A stretch of 63,457 bases of DNA, counting the filler, from Octopus bimaculoides (taxonomy: Eukaryota): the NCBI RefSeq assembly GCF_001194135.2. It is 5 parts of 5 records of this genome, joined end to end, with 100 filler letters (N's around TTAATTAATTAA, not from the genome) between each part and the next. Parts side by side here need not be neighbours in the genome. Positions count along the whole stretch, not along the records: positions 57,808 to 61,971 come from NC_068981.1; positions 62,072 to 63,457 come from NW_026376216.1; 3 more parts are not named here. The stretch is one strand, 5' to 3'. The notes under the pieces are model-generated. The model did no database searches, had not been told where the DNA came from, and saw only the letters and a program-made list of their open reading frames with translations. The position numbers and the translations under genes are program-made. This document shows, in pieces, positions 61,561 through 63,457 of this stretch (within the stretch, counting starts at the first letter, position 1; each line of letters begins with the position of its first letter).

Positions 61561-61927
61561 CTGAGAGTGATTTATGAACATATGATTTAGTTTTGGTTTC
61601 AAATTAGAACCACATTGTCATCGACAAACAAAGAATATTGGTGATTTTGCAAAGTCAAAGGAGTTATATGAATTGAGTGGTTAAGACGGTTTCTATGCTG
61701 TCAGAATGTCTGATAGAAATAGCAAGTAAATATTCTTCAAATAACATGCTACCGTCTAAGAATAGAAGGATAAATTCGATCGCCATTGTACAGTGCCTTG
61801 GAGAATGTTGGATAGAGCACAACTGGAATGAATTTAATTATAGGCCCACTCTGTCAGAACTAACCTTTAACAAAACAACTAGTTAACAAATTTACCAACA
61901 ACAATATAAATATACGTGCGTGTATGA

Positions 61928-61971
<44 letters not shown>

Positions 61972-62015
61972 NNNNNNNNNNNNNNNNNNNNNNNNNNNNN
62001 NNNNNNNNNNNNNNN

Positions 62016-62027
62016 TTAATTAATTAA
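62016..62027. other. Assembly linker TTAATTAATTAA
   Basis: 44 N on each side. Confidence 0.95.
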
Positions 62028-62071
62028 NNNNNNNNNNNNNNNNNNNNNNNNNNNNNNNNNNNNNNNNNNNN

Positions 62072-63457
62072 CGAACGTACGTACGAACGAAAGAACGAAC
62101 GAACGAAAGAACGAACGAACGTACGTAGGTACATAAGTAGGTACATATGTACGTACGTACGTATGAACGAACGAACAAACTAACGAAAGAACTAACGAAC
62201 GAACGTACGTATGTTCCTGCGTACATATATATGAATGAACGAACGAACGAACGAACGAACAAACGTACGTACGAACGAACGTATGTCAAATCGAACTAAC
62301 GTACGGACGGACGAACGAACGAACGATTGAAACAAACGAACGAACAAACGAACGACCTAATGAACGAAGTACGTACGTACGAAAGAACGAAAGAACTAAC
62401 GAACGAACGTCCGTACGTACGGATTTACGTACGTAAGTACGTATGTAAGAACGAACGAACGATCGAACAAACTAACGAACAAAGAAACGGACTAACATAC
62501 GTACGAACGATTAAACGAACGAACGTACGTAGGTACGAAAAAAGAACGGACGAACAAAGAATTTAACGTACGTATGTACGAACGAACGAACAAACGAACG
62601 TACATAAGTAGGTACATATGTACGTACGTACGTATGAACGAACGTACGTACGTACGAACGGACGAACGAACGAGCGAACGAACAAACTAACGAACGTACG
62701 AATGAACGTACGTACGAAGGAATGAACGAACGATTGAACGAAAGAATGTACGGACGTACGAAAGAACGAACGAACGAACAAAGGTACGTACGTACGTGCG
62801 AAAGAACTAACGTACGTCCGTACGTATGAACGAACGAAATGAAGGAACGAACGAACAAACGAACGAAAGAACGATTGAACGTATGTACGTACGTACGATT
62901 GAATGAACGTACGTACGTTCGAACGATCGCACGAACGAAGGGAAGAACGAAGTAACGAATGAACGTACGTACTTACGTTCGTAAGAAAGAACGAACGAAC
63001 GTACGTATGTAAGTAAGTTCGTACATACTAACGAATAAACGAAAGACGGAACGTAATTACGAACGAACGAAAGAACTAACGAACGAACGTACGTATGTTC
63101 CTGCGTACATATATATGAATGAACGAACGAACAAACGTACGTACGAACGAACGTATGTCAAAACGAACTAACGTACGGACGGACGAACGAACGATTGAAA
63201 CGAACGAACAAACGAACGACCTAATGAACGAAGTACGTACGTACGAAAGAACGAAAGAACTAACGAACGAACGTCCGTACGTACGGATTTACGTCCGTAA
63301 GTACGTATGTAAGAACGAACGAACGATCGAGCAAACGAACGAACAAAGAAACGGACTAACGTACGTACGAACGATTAAACGAACGAAAGTACGTAGGTAC
63401 GAAAAAAGAACGAACAAAGGAAAGAACGAAGTAACGAATGAACGTACGTACTTACGT
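62072..63457. repeat. CpG-rich (ACGA)/(ACGT)-based satellite with higher-order duplication
   Basis: 4-nt base unit; a block of about 370 bp recurs at 884-bp spacing (ATGTTCCTGCG at 62211 and 63095). Confidence 0.9.

Noticed and set aside
31948-62027. Repeated TTAATTAATTAA as a regulatory motif or CRISPR-like repeat
   Set aside because: Always embedded in fixed-length N spacers; synthetic linker. No CRISPR array is present in the window.

Overview
This is AT-rich, repeat-saturated eukaryotic DNA. The SINE families and the microsatellite load point to a coleoid cephalopod such as Octopus, which is an inference. Roughly 8-9 kb is N-gap, and four fixed 100-bp spacers (44 N + TTAATTAATTAA + 44 N) are assembly joins, so adjacency across them is not guaranteed. 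I recognise no intact named protein-coding gene, and nearly all ORFs in the track are microsatellite or N artefacts. Supported content: dozens of tRNA-derived SINEs from at least three families; decayed LINE (RTE and CR1/L2-like), Helitron helicase and Penelope-like (GIY-YIG) fragments; a probable solo LTR; hAT-type MITEs; several long foldback elements; and a CpG-rich higher-order satellite at the right end. There are also a few splice-site-bounded exon candidates of unknown genes on the minus strand. The most notable signal is a set of minimal hammerhead-ribozyme motifs in several distinct Penelope-derived families. One is a compact element (25970-26485) in which a tRNA-derived Pol III head sits between two inverted hammerhead-bearing arms. 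Also notable are a MITE family carrying a head-to-head telomere-repeat palindrome and a candidate 9-nt microexon.
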